Made by a program: the position numbers and the translations under genes
In this document: positions 38,451 to 46,926 of the stretch, piece after piece
How positions within the stretch are numbered: the first letter of the stretch is position 1
How the letters are laid out: each line of letters starts with the position of its first letter
Notes under the pieces: model-generated
Told to the model about the DNA's origin: nothing
What the model saw: the letters and a program-made list of their open reading frames with translations, nothing else
Databases searched by the model: none
Assembly (NCBI GenBank): GCA_019075925.1
Contig: JAGXAC010000001.1
Span: 2,205 to 66,204 of the forward strand
DNA length: 64,000 nucleotides
From: Hyphomicrobiales bacterium
GTDB lineage: Bacteria; Pseudomonadota; Alphaproteobacteria; Rhizobiales; Xanthobacteraceae
Direction: 5' to 3'

Positions 38451-38888
38451 ATGTTCTTTCTCTTGCGCGTAACGTTTTGGCTCGGCCTGGTGCTGGTGCT
38501 GTTGCCGGTCGGCACTGCGCAACGGAGCGCTTCGACCGGCGAAGTCAGCGCCACCGAGGCGATTTCAGCGGCAACCGCGACGGTCGGAGACTTGCGCGGT
38601 TTCTGTGGGCGCCAACCGGAGGCGTGTACGGTCGGCTCGCAGGTGGCGACTGCCATCGGCTACCGGGCGCAGGCTGGAGCGAAAATGCTCTACGAAGCCT
38701 TGACCGAAGCAGTGGGCCCCCGCGAGACCGGATCGATCGCGAACATCACATCGCAGAAATCCCGCGATAAGATCGTCGCGAACAAGTCGGCGGCGGGGCG
38801 GACCTCGCAGAATACTTTGACGGCGACCGATCTGGCGCCCACCTGGCGAGGGCCGGTGTCGCGCCGGGATAACAAGCACCCCGTTTAG
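38451..38888 (+). CDS. DUF5330-like small membrane/secreted protein
   Basis: The ATG at 38451 (MFFLLRVTFWLGLVLVLLPVG...) is preceded by GGGGAAG. 145 aa. The ORF track start at 38322 is probably too long. Confidence 0.6.
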   Translation: MFFLLRVTFWLGLVLVLLPVGTAQRSASTGEVSATEAISAATATVGDLRGFCGRQPEACTVGSQVATAIGYRAQAGAKMLYEALTEAVGPRETGSIANITSQKSRDKIVANKSAAGRTSQNTLTATDLAPTWRGPVSRRDNKHPV

Positions 38889-38956
38889 CCAATCCGGAAA
38901 CATCGACCTCGGCCTCCTAGCGCACTATATACAGCGCGACGAGGACCGATTCCGCG

Positions 38957-39388
38957 ATGGCCAATATTGACGAGATCATCGATAATTTCACGACCCTGGA
39001 AGATTGGGACGACCGCTATCGTTATCTGATCGAATTGGGGCGCGAATTACCGCCGCTTGCCCCGGCTGCGCATACCGATGCCAACAAGGTGCTGGGCTGC
39101 ACGAGCCAGGTCTGGCTCGATACAGACGTTCGCCCAAACGGCGCCGGTGGACCAATATTGACTTTTGCGGGGGACAGCGATGCCCACATTGTGCGCGGGT
39201 TGATCGCAATTCTTTTCGCTCTGTTCTCGGGCAAACATGCCAACGATATTTTGACGATCGACGCGCCTTCACTGTTTGAGAAGCTTGGCCTGCGCGAGCA
39301 TTTGACGCCGCAACGCTCCAACGGCTTTCGCTCCATGGTGGAGCGCATTCGATCGGACGCCCGCGCAGCGTTAACCGCAGCGGTGTGA
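38957..39388 (+). CDS. sufE: SufE-like cysteine desulfuration (sulfur acceptor) protein
   Basis: 143 aa with DRYRYLIELG and the conserved Cys context KVLGCTSQVWL. Confidence 0.85.
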   Translation: MANIDEIIDNFTTLEDWDDRYRYLIELGRELPPLAPAAHTDANKVLGCTSQVWLDTDVRPNGAGGPILTFAGDSDAHIVRGLIAILFALFSGKHANDILTIDAPSLFEKLGLREHLTPQRSNGFRSMVERIRSDARAALTAAV

Positions 39389-41715
39389 CGACCGCAAGAC
39401 GTTTGGCGGCGGCGCACCGGCCGTCGTTGCTCCGCCACATTAGCCACATCCGCGACCGTGTTATAAAATCCGCCTGGACGGTTGCGGATCGGGAAGAGCA
39501 GGCGATGCCCATCGGCGGTGTGGGGACGAACCCGGCGTTCGGCGGCAAGAACGTTCGAATTGCGCTGACCAATGTGTTCGCCGGTGCGATTTGCAGCGTC
39601 CTGTCGATCGCCTACTGCCTCTCGTACGCCGCTCTCATTTTCACCGGCCCGATCTCGCACTTGCTGGCTTACGGCGTGGCCGCCACGTTCTTGTCCGCCG
39701 CGATCGGTGGGGCAATCGTCGCGTGGGGCAGCTCGCTTTCGTTCGCAGTCGCCGGACCTGACAGTTCAATTTCCGTCGTCATCGCGGCCATGGTGGCAAC
39801 GGTTGTGCACCGCGTCGTGGCGCGGGGCGGCACCGGCCTTCTCGAACCGACATTGATCGTTATGTCGCTGTCGACTGCGCTGACCGGGATTCTTCTCTGC
39901 ATTCTCGGCTTCACCCGCGCCGGCCGCGCCATTCGCTTTGTGCCCTATCCGGTAATCGGCGGTTTTCTCGGCGCTACCGGCTGGCTGATGATGATGGGAG
40001 CAGTACAGATCGCGACCGATCAGCCGGCGGCTCTCACGAACATCGGCGCCTTTGCCAATCTCGCACTTATCGTTAAGCTCGCCGCCGGCATCTTAGTCGC
40101 CATCTGTCTCCATTTTTCGTTGAGCCGATCCAAGAGCCCTCTTGTTTTGCCCGGCGTGTTGCTCGTCGCGCTCATAGCAACCTACCTTGTGATCCTGTTG
40201 AGCGGATCGTCAGTTCGTTCGGTTCAGACCGACGGATGGATGTTCCCAAGCCTGCCGGCGGCACATCTGACGTTGCCCTGGAAGGCGGGTGCTCTGCAAA
40301 GCTTCTCGTGGGCAATGCTTCCGTCGCTCACCGGCGATCTCCTCGCCATCATGTTCGTCACCGTCAGCACTTTGTTGCTCAACACAACCGGGATCGAGCT
40401 CGCGACCCGCAGTGAAGCCAACATTGACCGCGATCTGAAATTTTTAGGGCTGGCGAATATCGTAACGGCAGCCTCTGGCGGATACGTGAGCTGTACCTCG
40501 CTCAGCCGCTCGATCCTTATTCGAACCGCCGGCGCGACCAACCGGTTAGGGGGCCTTACTGTGGCGGCGGTATCAGCCGCCATTCTTATCGCGGATCCTT
40601 CGTTCCTCGGCTTCGTGCCAAAATTCATCCTCGCCGGCCTGTTGTTGTTCCTGGGCGCCGGGCTCGTCCATCAATGGATCGTGGAATCCGCGCGCAAGTT
40701 GCCGCTTGTCGATTATTTATCGCTGCTGGCCATCGTTCTGCTGATCATCAATTGGGGCTTCATTGCTGGCGTTCTCATCGGCGTAGTGATCGGCTGCGCG
40801 ACCTTTGCGCTCAGCGCCAGCAGAGTAAGCGCGATCAAGTTCGGATTTGACGGCTCGGAATACCGCTCTTCGCTCGACAGGAATTTGCACGAACAAGCTT
40901 TGCTCGCCGCCCACGGCCGGGAAATTCAGGGCATGGCGCTACAAAGCTATCTGTTCTTCGGTTCGGCCAACCGGCTCTACCAGCACGTCAAGGCACTGCT
41001 GGCGCGACAACGCGGATGCCGCTTCCTGATTTTCGATTTTCGCCGCGTTACCGGGCTCGATTCTTCGGCCATACAAAGCTTCACACAAATCAAGCAGGCC
41101 GCGACCGACGCGGGCGCTCGTATCGTGCTGGTCAATTTATCGCCAGAGCTGGAGCGGCCCTTTCGTATCGCACGTTTCATCTCCGACGATGTCGGCATCG
41201 CCACCGATCTCGACCGCGCACTGGAGTCTTGCGAGCAGGCAATCATCGAAGTCCATCAGACCCTGGCCGGCGACACGCGATCATTACGTGCCTGGTTTTC
41301 GGACGCGCTCGGCGATGCGCAACTTGCCGATCGTTTGACCGAAAACTGCAGGCGCCTTGACGTCAAGGCAGGCGACATCATAGCGCGACAGGGCGAAACC
41401 GCCGCGTCGATGCATTTCATCCTTGAGGGACGCGTCGGTATAATGGTCGATCTACACGATGGTCGCATGACGCGCGTGCGCAGCCTCGGCCGTCACACGA
41501 CGGTGGGCGAAATGGGACTAATTGCCCGCTCACCCCGCAGCGCAACCATTCAAGCCGAAACAGCGAGCGTGCTCTATGAACTCGATGCGGAAGCCTTTGA
41601 ACGCATCAAGCGAGATCAGCCGGCACTAAGCCAGGCCTTGCTAGCCTATGTTATCAACGTGATGACCGAACGATTGAGCTTCGCCAACCGGCTAATTGGC
41701 GTCCTGCAGCGCTAG
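39385..41715 (+). CDS. SulP/SLC26-family anion transporter fused to STAS and a cyclic-nucleotide-binding domain
   Basis: Polytopic N-terminal part, a STAS-like segment (RFLIFDFRRVTGLDSSA) and a C-terminal cNMP-binding motif (GEMGLIARSPRSATIQAE). The start is either GTG 39385, overlapping the sufE TGA, or ATG 39505. Confidence 0.82.
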   Translation: MTTARRLAAAHRPSLLRHISHIRDRVIKSAWTVADREEQAMPIGGVGTNPAFGGKNVRIALTNVFAGAICSVLSIAYCLSYAALIFTGPISHLLAYGVAATFLSAAIGGAIVAWGSSLSFAVAGPDSSISVVIAAMVATVVHRVVARGGTGLLEPTLIVMSLSTALTGILLCILGFTRAGRAIRFVPYPVIGGFLGATGWLMMMGAVQIATDQPAALTNIGAFANLALIVKLAAGILVAICLHFSLSRSKSPLVLPGVLLVALIATYLVILLSGSSVRSVQTDGWMFPSLPAAHLTLPWKAGALQSFSWAMLPSLTGDLLAIMFVTVSTLLLNTTGIELATRSEANIDRDLKFLGLANIVTAASGGYVSCTSLSRSILIRTAGATNRLGGLTVAAVSAAILIADPSFLGFVPKFILAGLLLFLGAGLVHQWIVESARKLPLVDYLSLLAIVLLIINWGFIAGVLIGVVIGCATFALSASRVSAIKFGFDGSEYRSSLDRNLHEQALLAAHGREIQGMALQSYLFFGSANRLYQHVKALLARQRGCRFLIFDFRRVTGLDSSAIQSFTQIKQAATDAGARIVLVNLSPELERPFRIARFISDDVGIATDLDRALESCEQAIIEVHQTLAGDTRSLRAWFSDALGDAQLADRLTENCRRLDVKAGDIIARQGETAASMHFILEGRVGIMVDLHDGRMTRVRSLGRHTTVGEMGLIARSPRSATIQAETASVLYELDAEAFERIKRDQPALSQALLAYVINVMTERLSFANRLIGVLQR

Positions 41716-41731
41716 CAACGGTCCGCTTTGC

Positions 41732-42151
41732 TTATTTGCGGCGCCGGCGTTGCTGACCGAGGCCCATTTGCTTGGCGAGCTGCGACCGCGCCGCTGCATA
41801 GTTCGGCGCGACCATCGGATAGTCGGGTGGCAGTCCCCATTTCTCGCGATAACGTTCGGGAGTCATGTCATACTGAGAACGCAAATGGCGCTTGAGCGAT
41901 TTAAACTTCTTACCATCCTCAAGGCAGACGATATGGTCGGGAGTGATCGAGCGTTTGACAGGCACCGCGGGCCTGATCGTTTCGGGCGGCGCCGTCGTTG
42001 CACCATTGGAGACCCGAATCAAGGCGGCGTACACTTGACCAATCAAGCTCGGTATTTCCGCGCTTGAAACGGCGTTGTTGCTTACGTAGGCAGAAACAAT
42101 GTTGGCGGTCAGTTGAATATAGCTGCTGTTCTCACTTGCATTCTCAGCCAT
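41732..42151 (-). CDS. mucR: MucR/Ros family zinc-finger transcriptional regulator
   Basis: 139 aa with IVCLEDGKKFKSLKRHLRSQYDMTPERYREKWGLPPDYPMVAPNY. Confidence 0.92.
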   Translation of the reverse strand: MAENASENSSYIQLTANIVSAYVSNNAVSSAEIPSLIGQVYAALIRVSNGATTAPPETIRPAVPVKRSITPDHIVCLEDGKKFKSLKRHLRSQYDMTPERYREKWGLPPDYPMVAPNYAAARSQLAKQMGLGQQRRRRK

Positions 42152-42204
42152 GTCAGGCCTGATCTTTAAGAGAACTTCCGTCGCCCCCGCGTCGGATCCC
42201 CGCC

Positions 42205-42300
42205 TGCGAATGTCAAATATAAGCAGTTAGGAATAGTTCTAAAGATATAACATTTCAGCGTTAAGAGCAATAAAGAGGCAGCAGTTGAGGGCGACTATCC
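42205..42300 (-). promoter_or_regulatory. AT-rich tract (about 35% GC by my count) upstream of mucR; candidate promoter and MucR autoregulatory target
   Basis: 28 G+C in the 80 nt from 42211 to 42290, against ~60% elsewhere. It lies 55-150 bp upstream of the mucR ATG. Confidence 0.35.
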
Positions 42301-42382
42301 GATAATTTCCGCGCTGCAATAGTTAGGCGTTGCCGCCTTCAAGAAGCGTCTCCGGTCTGAAAAATGGAATCGTCGGAAGTCG

Positions 42383-43246
42383 CTAGGCGCCGCTATCGAT
42401 ATGTTCGCGGAGCGCCGTGATTGAGCCGAACCGCAGCGTGCCTTGAGGCAACTGAGCCTCAATCGATCCGTCCGAATACAGCGTATAAGCCATCCCTTCG
42501 ACCACGCCCGATTTGAGAACGGAGACTGCGCCCGCCGGATGCATCACCGGGGCGGACTCGGGTTCGGGAGCGAGGGTGCGCTTTTCGGCCGACTGCGGTA
42601 TGGCGGTAGCGCCTTGCGGCGAAGCCACTTGCAAGGAAGCGGCCTGTCCGTTGCGGCTAGATTTCCCCGACAAGAATACGCCCAGACCGGAGACGCGCGT
42701 CGCGTCGGACGTAGTGGCCGTACGAGGCTTGATGTCGAACCGTGGCGCTACCCGGGCCGGCGACACTGCGTTTGCGCCGCGACCGGCAGTGGCGGTGGCT
42801 GGCTGCCTCACCTCCACCGTTTCTTCCTCGGCGATCGGACCATCTTCGCGTCCGGCCAAGGTTGGGAATTTAACTGGTGGTTCGGCGGCAGTTTCATCGG
42901 TTGACGCCGGCTTTGAGCGAGCATCTGCCGGCTGGTGACCGGTCTTGGATTTGGCGGGGAAAGGAAGGCTGACGGACGGCTCAGTTCTTTCGTCAGCAGC
43001 GGTGCCGTCGCCCGCGCGATTGATCTGCGGCATCGGCTTCGCCGCAAGGGCGCGTTCAATGCGTTGTAATTGACGCACCGCCAAACCCATTCCGATCAGC
43101 AGAAGCCCGCCGACGACCGCGACAGTCCCAGGCGTGACCGCCTCGATGTCGAATGTTCCGCCGCGGGACGTCAAACTTGACCCGACAAGGACCATACCCG
43201 CGAGCGTCGTGACAAAACCAACAAGCAACAAAATCAATGGCATCAC
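42383..43246 (-). CDS. Hypothetical membrane protein with a low-complexity Pro/Ala/Thr-rich linker
   Basis: 287 aa with two N-terminal TM segments, a long low-complexity centre and a compact C-terminal ~50 aa (VLKSGVVEGMAYTLYSDGSIEAQLP...). GTG-ATG start. Confidence 0.6.
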   Translation of the reverse strand: MMPLILLLVGFVTTLAGMVLVGSSLTSRGGTFDIEAVTPGTVAVVGGLLLIGMGLAVRQLQRIERALAAKPMPQINRAGDGTAADERTEPSVSLPFPAKSKTGHQPADARSKPASTDETAAEPPVKFPTLAGREDGPIAEEETVEVRQPATATAGRGANAVSPARVAPRFDIKPRTATTSDATRVSGLGVFLSGKSSRNGQAASLQVASPQGATAIPQSAEKRTLAPEPESAPVMHPAGAVSVLKSGVVEGMAYTLYSDGSIEAQLPQGTLRFGSITALREHIDSGA

Positions 43247-43509
43247 GCCCGTCCCCGCCCCTACCCAAGCACTTGGGGCAACAAAGGAAAGGCATTTTGC
43301 GGGCCCTTACCGCTGGGCGCAAGACCATAAAACGACCGCCTCTCCGCAATCATACTGCAATCGTTTCGCCGCTGGTCGCAACGGCAAGCAGCGCCGGACT
43401 CCATTGTTAATCCCTTGCACTGTATGAAGATTCGAACGTCGGGCGGGAGCGCCTCACCGCGTCATTGGGCGCCAGCGACGCCCATTGCCCAAATCTGCCG
43501 GTTAAGTCT

Positions 43510-43549
43510 ATTTAGAAGAAACCCTGGCCTCGGCCAGGCGGTTCTAAAT
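43510..43549 (+). promoter_or_regulatory. Composite palindrome ATTTAGAA...TTCTAAAT enclosing a CCTGGCC/GGCCAGG hairpin, upstream of sodB
   Basis: TTTAGAA 43511-43517, CCTGGCC 43523-43529, GGCCAGG 43532-43538, TTCTAAA 43542-43548. It lies 43-81 bp upstream of the sodB ATG. Confidence 0.4.
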
Positions 43550-43591
43550 GCAACCCCCCTTTGCCGTCCGTTCACTTTGAGGAGCAGTCCA

Positions 43592-44194
43592 ATGCCATTT
43601 ACCCTACCCGAGCTACCATACGCCTACGACGCGCTCACACCGCATATGTCGCGCGAGACGCTGGAATTCCATCACGACAAGCATCATCAAGCCTACGTGA
43701 CGAACGGCAACAATCTCGCCAAAGGCACCGAGTGGGAGAACAAGCCGCTCGAGGACGTGGTGAAGGGGACGTTCGGCAAAAACGCCGGGCTCTTCAACAA
43801 CGTCAGCCAGCATTACAACCATGTTTACTTCTGGAAGTGGATGAAAAAAGGTGGCGGCGGCGACAAGATTCCAGGCAGGTTGGAGAAACAAATCATCAGC
43901 GATTTGGGCTCCGTCGCCAAGATGAGGGAAGACTTCGCGCAAGCCGGCGCAACGCAGTTCGGCTCGGGCTGGTGCTGGCTTGCCGTCAAAGACGGCAAGA
44001 TTGCAGTGACCAAAACGCCGAATGGGGAAAACCCGCTTGTCCACGGCGCCAAGCCAATCCTCGGTTGCGACGTATGGGAACATTCCTATTACATCGACTA
44101 TCGCAACCGCCGGCCGGATTACCTCAAGGCGTTTCTGGATCATCTGGTCAATTGGGATTACGTCGCCGAGATGTATGAAGGCGCGATGAAATAA
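43592..44194 (+). CDS. sodB: Fe-type superoxide dismutase
   Basis: The ATG at 43592 is preceded by GAGGAG. MPFTLPELPYAYDAL...HHDKHH...FNNVSQHYNH...DVWEHSYYIDYRNRRPDY. The position of the Gln suggests the Fe type. Confidence 0.92.
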   Translation: MPFTLPELPYAYDALTPHMSRETLEFHHDKHHQAYVTNGNNLAKGTEWENKPLEDVVKGTFGKNAGLFNNVSQHYNHVYFWKWMKKGGGGDKIPGRLEKQIISDLGSVAKMREDFAQAGATQFGSGWCWLAVKDGKIAVTKTPNGENPLVHGAKPILGCDVWEHSYYIDYRNRRPDYLKAFLDHLVNWDYVAEMYEGAMK

Positions 44195-44215
44195 GCAGGG
44201 ACCGCACGGTCCAAC

Positions 44216-44245
44216 AAAAAGCGGGGCCGTTGGCCCCGCTTTTTA
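44216..44245. terminator. Bidirectional rho-independent terminator between sodB and the convergent aminotransferase gene
   Basis: AAAAA-GCGGGGCC-GTTG-GGCCCCGC-TTTTT read directly. Confidence 0.85.
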
Positions 44246-44285
44246 ATGGCGACAATATCCGCCGGTATCCTGCGCGGGGCTCCGA

Positions 44286-45161
44286 TCAATACTGTTGCGC
44301 CGTGTGTGCATATTCCCAATAAAGCTCGCGTGCTTTGCGATAGACAGGCCCCGGTTGCAAGCTCCGACCGTCGATGCGCACGATTGGCGAGACCTTGGTG
44401 TAATTGCCTGACGAGAATATCTCGTCGGCCGATTGAAAATCGGCATAGCTCAACGTCGTCTCCGTGACCGACATGCCGGCTGCGCGCAAAAGCTTGATGA
44501 CGCGAGCGCGCGTTATACCGGCGAGAAAGGTACCGTTCGGCACCGGCGTGAAGACGGCACCGTCCTTCACCATGAAAATATTCGCGGTAGCGAGTTCCGC
44601 GACGTTGCCCAACAAATCGCACATCAGGCAATTATCGAAGCCGCGCGAACGCGATTCGGTCATGGCGCGCGCGTTGTTGGGGTAAAGGCACCCGGCCTTG
44701 GCGTCGACCGGCGCCGAATCGCGAGTTGGCCGCCGATAGGGCGAAAGCGTGATCGCCGTGCCGGTGGGCTTGGGCAACGGCGCCACGTAAAGCGCAAGGC
44801 ACCAGCGAGTTGTTTCGGGATCCAGCCGCACAGCACCGCCAGTGGCATCCTCCGGCCAATACATGGGGCGGATGTAAAGTTCGGCGTCACGTTCGAAGCG
44901 CTTCAGTCCTTCGCGCGCCAGGTCCAGCCACGTCCCAACCGGGACCAGCGGTTTGAGACCCATGGTTTTGGCGGACTCGTTGACGCGGGCAAAGTGTAGA
45001 TCGAGGTCTGGGGCGGTCCCTTCGAAGGCGCGCGCGCCGTCAAACACCGAGGTGCACAACCACGCCGCATGCGTGCGAACACCCATGATCGGCACATTCC
45101 CTTCGTGCCAATCATTCTCGAAAAACGTGATCGTCTTCGACCAAGTAACGGTGCGGCTCAT
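44286..45161 (-). CDS. Class IV (branched-chain amino acid / D-amino acid) aminotransferase
   Basis: 291 aa; the N-terminus and overall pattern are typical of IlvE-like fold-type IV enzymes. Confidence 0.8.
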   Translation of the reverse strand: MSRTVTWSKTITFFENDWHEGNVPIMGVRTHAAWLCTSVFDGARAFEGTAPDLDLHFARVNESAKTMGLKPLVPVGTWLDLAREGLKRFERDAELYIRPMYWPEDATGGAVRLDPETTRWCLALYVAPLPKPTGTAITLSPYRRPTRDSAPVDAKAGCLYPNNARAMTESRSRGFDNCLMCDLLGNVAELATANIFMVKDGAVFTPVPNGTFLAGITRARVIKLLRAAGMSVTETTLSYADFQSADEIFSSGNYTKVSPIVRIDGRSLQPGPVYRKARELYWEYAHTAQQY

Positions 45162-45233
45162 CGTACCAACCTACGCCGCTTCTCTTGCCCCATGGGCGGG
45201 GTATTTGTCACTATTTCGCGAGGAGATTAAATC

Positions 45234-45896
45234 ATGCTGAGCGCTTATGTCTTCGATGCCTACGGAACGCTGTTTGACGTTCACGCCGCGATCGACCGCC
45301 ATCGCACAGCCGTCGGTGCGGACGCCCAGCGTTTCTCGGAGCTCTGGCGGACGAAACAACTCGAATATAGCTGGACGCTGACGCTCGCGGGCCATTACGT
45401 CGACTTTTCGAAATTGACCGAACGCGCGCTCGACTTTGCTTTTGCGCGCTTTCCCTCGGTCGATCGCGGGTTGCGGGCAAAGTTGCTCGAAGCTTATCTG
45501 ACGCTCGACGCGTTTCCCGACGTCCACACGGCTCTGACCGGACTTAAATCCCGTGGTGCGCGCCTTGCGATCCTCTCCAATGGCACGCCGGCGATGCTCG
45601 GTTCGGCAATAGAGGCCGCCGCGATGCAGGGACTTCTGGATGGCGTTTTTTCGGTCGATGCGGTGCGCCGATACAAGCCTCGCCGGGAGGTCTACGCACT
45701 GGTGACCGAGGGGCTGGGGATCGAGCCTTCCGACACAGGATTTGTATCGTCCAATCGATGGGACGTGATGGGCGCGGTGTCGTTCGGCTTTAAAGCTTTC
45801 TGGATCAACAGGTCCGGTGCCCCGAACGAATACCCCGATCAAGGACCGGAGCGCGAAATTCCCGGCCTCGGCGAGCTTTTGCAGGCGGCTCTCTGA
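45234..45896 (+). CDS. Haloacid dehalogenase type II (HAD superfamily)
   Basis: 220 aa with YVFDAYGTLFDV (nucleophile Asp motif) and ...SSNRWDV... Confidence 0.82.
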   Translation: MLSAYVFDAYGTLFDVHAAIDRHRTAVGADAQRFSELWRTKQLEYSWTLTLAGHYVDFSKLTERALDFAFARFPSVDRGLRAKLLEAYLTLDAFPDVHTALTGLKSRGARLAILSNGTPAMLGSAIEAAAMQGLLDGVFSVDAVRRYKPRREVYALVTEGLGIEPSDTGFVSSNRWDVMGAVSFGFKAFWINRSGAPNEYPDQGPEREIPGLGELLQAAL

Positions 45897-45917
45897 GCAG
45901 ACACGAATCGCTGGGTG

Positions 45918-46181
45918 TTAAGCCGCATGGCCGTGCGATTCGGGTTCTTCGGGGTTCTTGGGTTCTTCGGGACTTTTGAGCGCCGTCACGATTTGCTGCT
46001 TGGTCAGGCGGGTACCGTCATCGCCCTCGATCAACAAGGCGACACGACCGCTATCGTTGATATGCCGGGCCCAATTCATCGCCTCGTCGAGTGAGTTGAA
46101 TTCCTTGTAGAGATGACGATCCTTCTGCAGCGGGGAGATGGACTGTGAGCCACGTGGGCCAGAATAGACACGATACGTCAT
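45918..46181 (-). CDS. Small hypothetical protein (87 aa) with a PEEPKNPEEPE tail
   Basis: Strong SD (AGGAGG) 7 nt upstream of the ATG and coding-like composition. Confidence 0.6.
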   Translation of the reverse strand: MTYRVYSGPRGSQSISPLQKDRHLYKEFNSLDEAMNWARHINDSGRVALLIEGDDGTRLTKQQIVTALKSPEEPKNPEEPESHGHAA

Positions 46182-46336
46182 CGTCGGGCCTCCTGTTCGA
46201 CAGCACCGTCGTCAAGACGTAGCCATCTGGCGGAAATGTGCCAGCCATGTGTTGCCGCAGGGCCGCGCGGCGCGATGACGCGGGGGGCGGATTATTTCGG
46301 CGCCGCCATGTCCGGTCGCCGGGCCACCGCGACGGG

Positions 46337-46894
46337 CTAGTTCGCCGCCGGTAACGGCCGTGCGCAGCGCTTTGGATAGGCTTCGCGGCAAGCTTGATAC
46401 AGCGGCGGGCACGGCTTGGCCGCCGCTAGCCCGGCCTCGATGGTATTGAAGCGTTGGCCCGCCGCGCGCGACTCGTTGTCGTAGGTGAGAACCGCGTCGG
46501 CGCGCTCGATGGCGCGGTCGGTCATCAAAAAATGCTCAGCTCCGTCGAAATACGTCGTGGCGATCTTGATCGCCGTCGTAAGCTTTCGCGTATATTCGGC
46601 ATTCGCCTTGGGGTCCGGCTTGACGACACGGGCGTTAATCGCCGCATCTGTGTAGAGGACGTTAAGCTTGAAGTAGATGCCGCCGCACTCTGCAAGCGCG
46701 AGCCAATAAGGCCGGTCTTTGAACGGTCCGGGCGCGGCGATGATTTTGTCGCGTCCGTCGACGGAGACCGCCGGCGCGGCGGGCGCACTCGGCCGGCGCT
46801 GATCGCGTTTGCGCCAGCTCTGCGACTGCGCACTCGACGCAACCGCGCAAATCGCCAACGCGACCACGGCGGCCCTGGCTGTTACTCCCGACAT
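46337..46894 (-). CDS. Hypothetical secreted protein (185 aa)
   Basis: The ATG at 46894 gives signal peptide MSGVTARAAVVALAICAVASSAQS. I recognise no motif. Confidence 0.55.
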   Translation of the reverse strand: MSGVTARAAVVALAICAVASSAQSQSWRKRDQRRPSAPAAPAVSVDGRDKIIAAPGPFKDRPYWLALAECGGIYFKLNVLYTDAAINARVVKPDPKANAEYTRKLTTAIKIATTYFDGAEHFLMTDRAIERADAVLTYDNESRAAGQRFNTIEAGLAAAKPCPPLYQACREAYPKRCARPLPAAN

Positions 46895-46926
46895 CAACCG
46901 ACTATAGCCGGTGGCAGGCACCGAAC

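Noticed and set aside
38076-38656. ORFs of 68 and 167 aa (minus strand), and the long form of the plus-strand ORF from 38322, in the DivJ-like/DUF5330 spacer.
   Set aside because: They have no SD, unremarkable Arg/Ala/Pro-rich translations, and overlap the better-supported DUF5330-like gene starting at 38451.
43427-43440. GAAGATTCGAACG, superficially like a tRNA T-arm (GGTTCGAA).
   Set aside because: No acceptor stem, anticodon arm or D-arm can be drawn around it. I found no tRNA, rRNA, tmRNA or RNase P-like sequence anywhere in the window.
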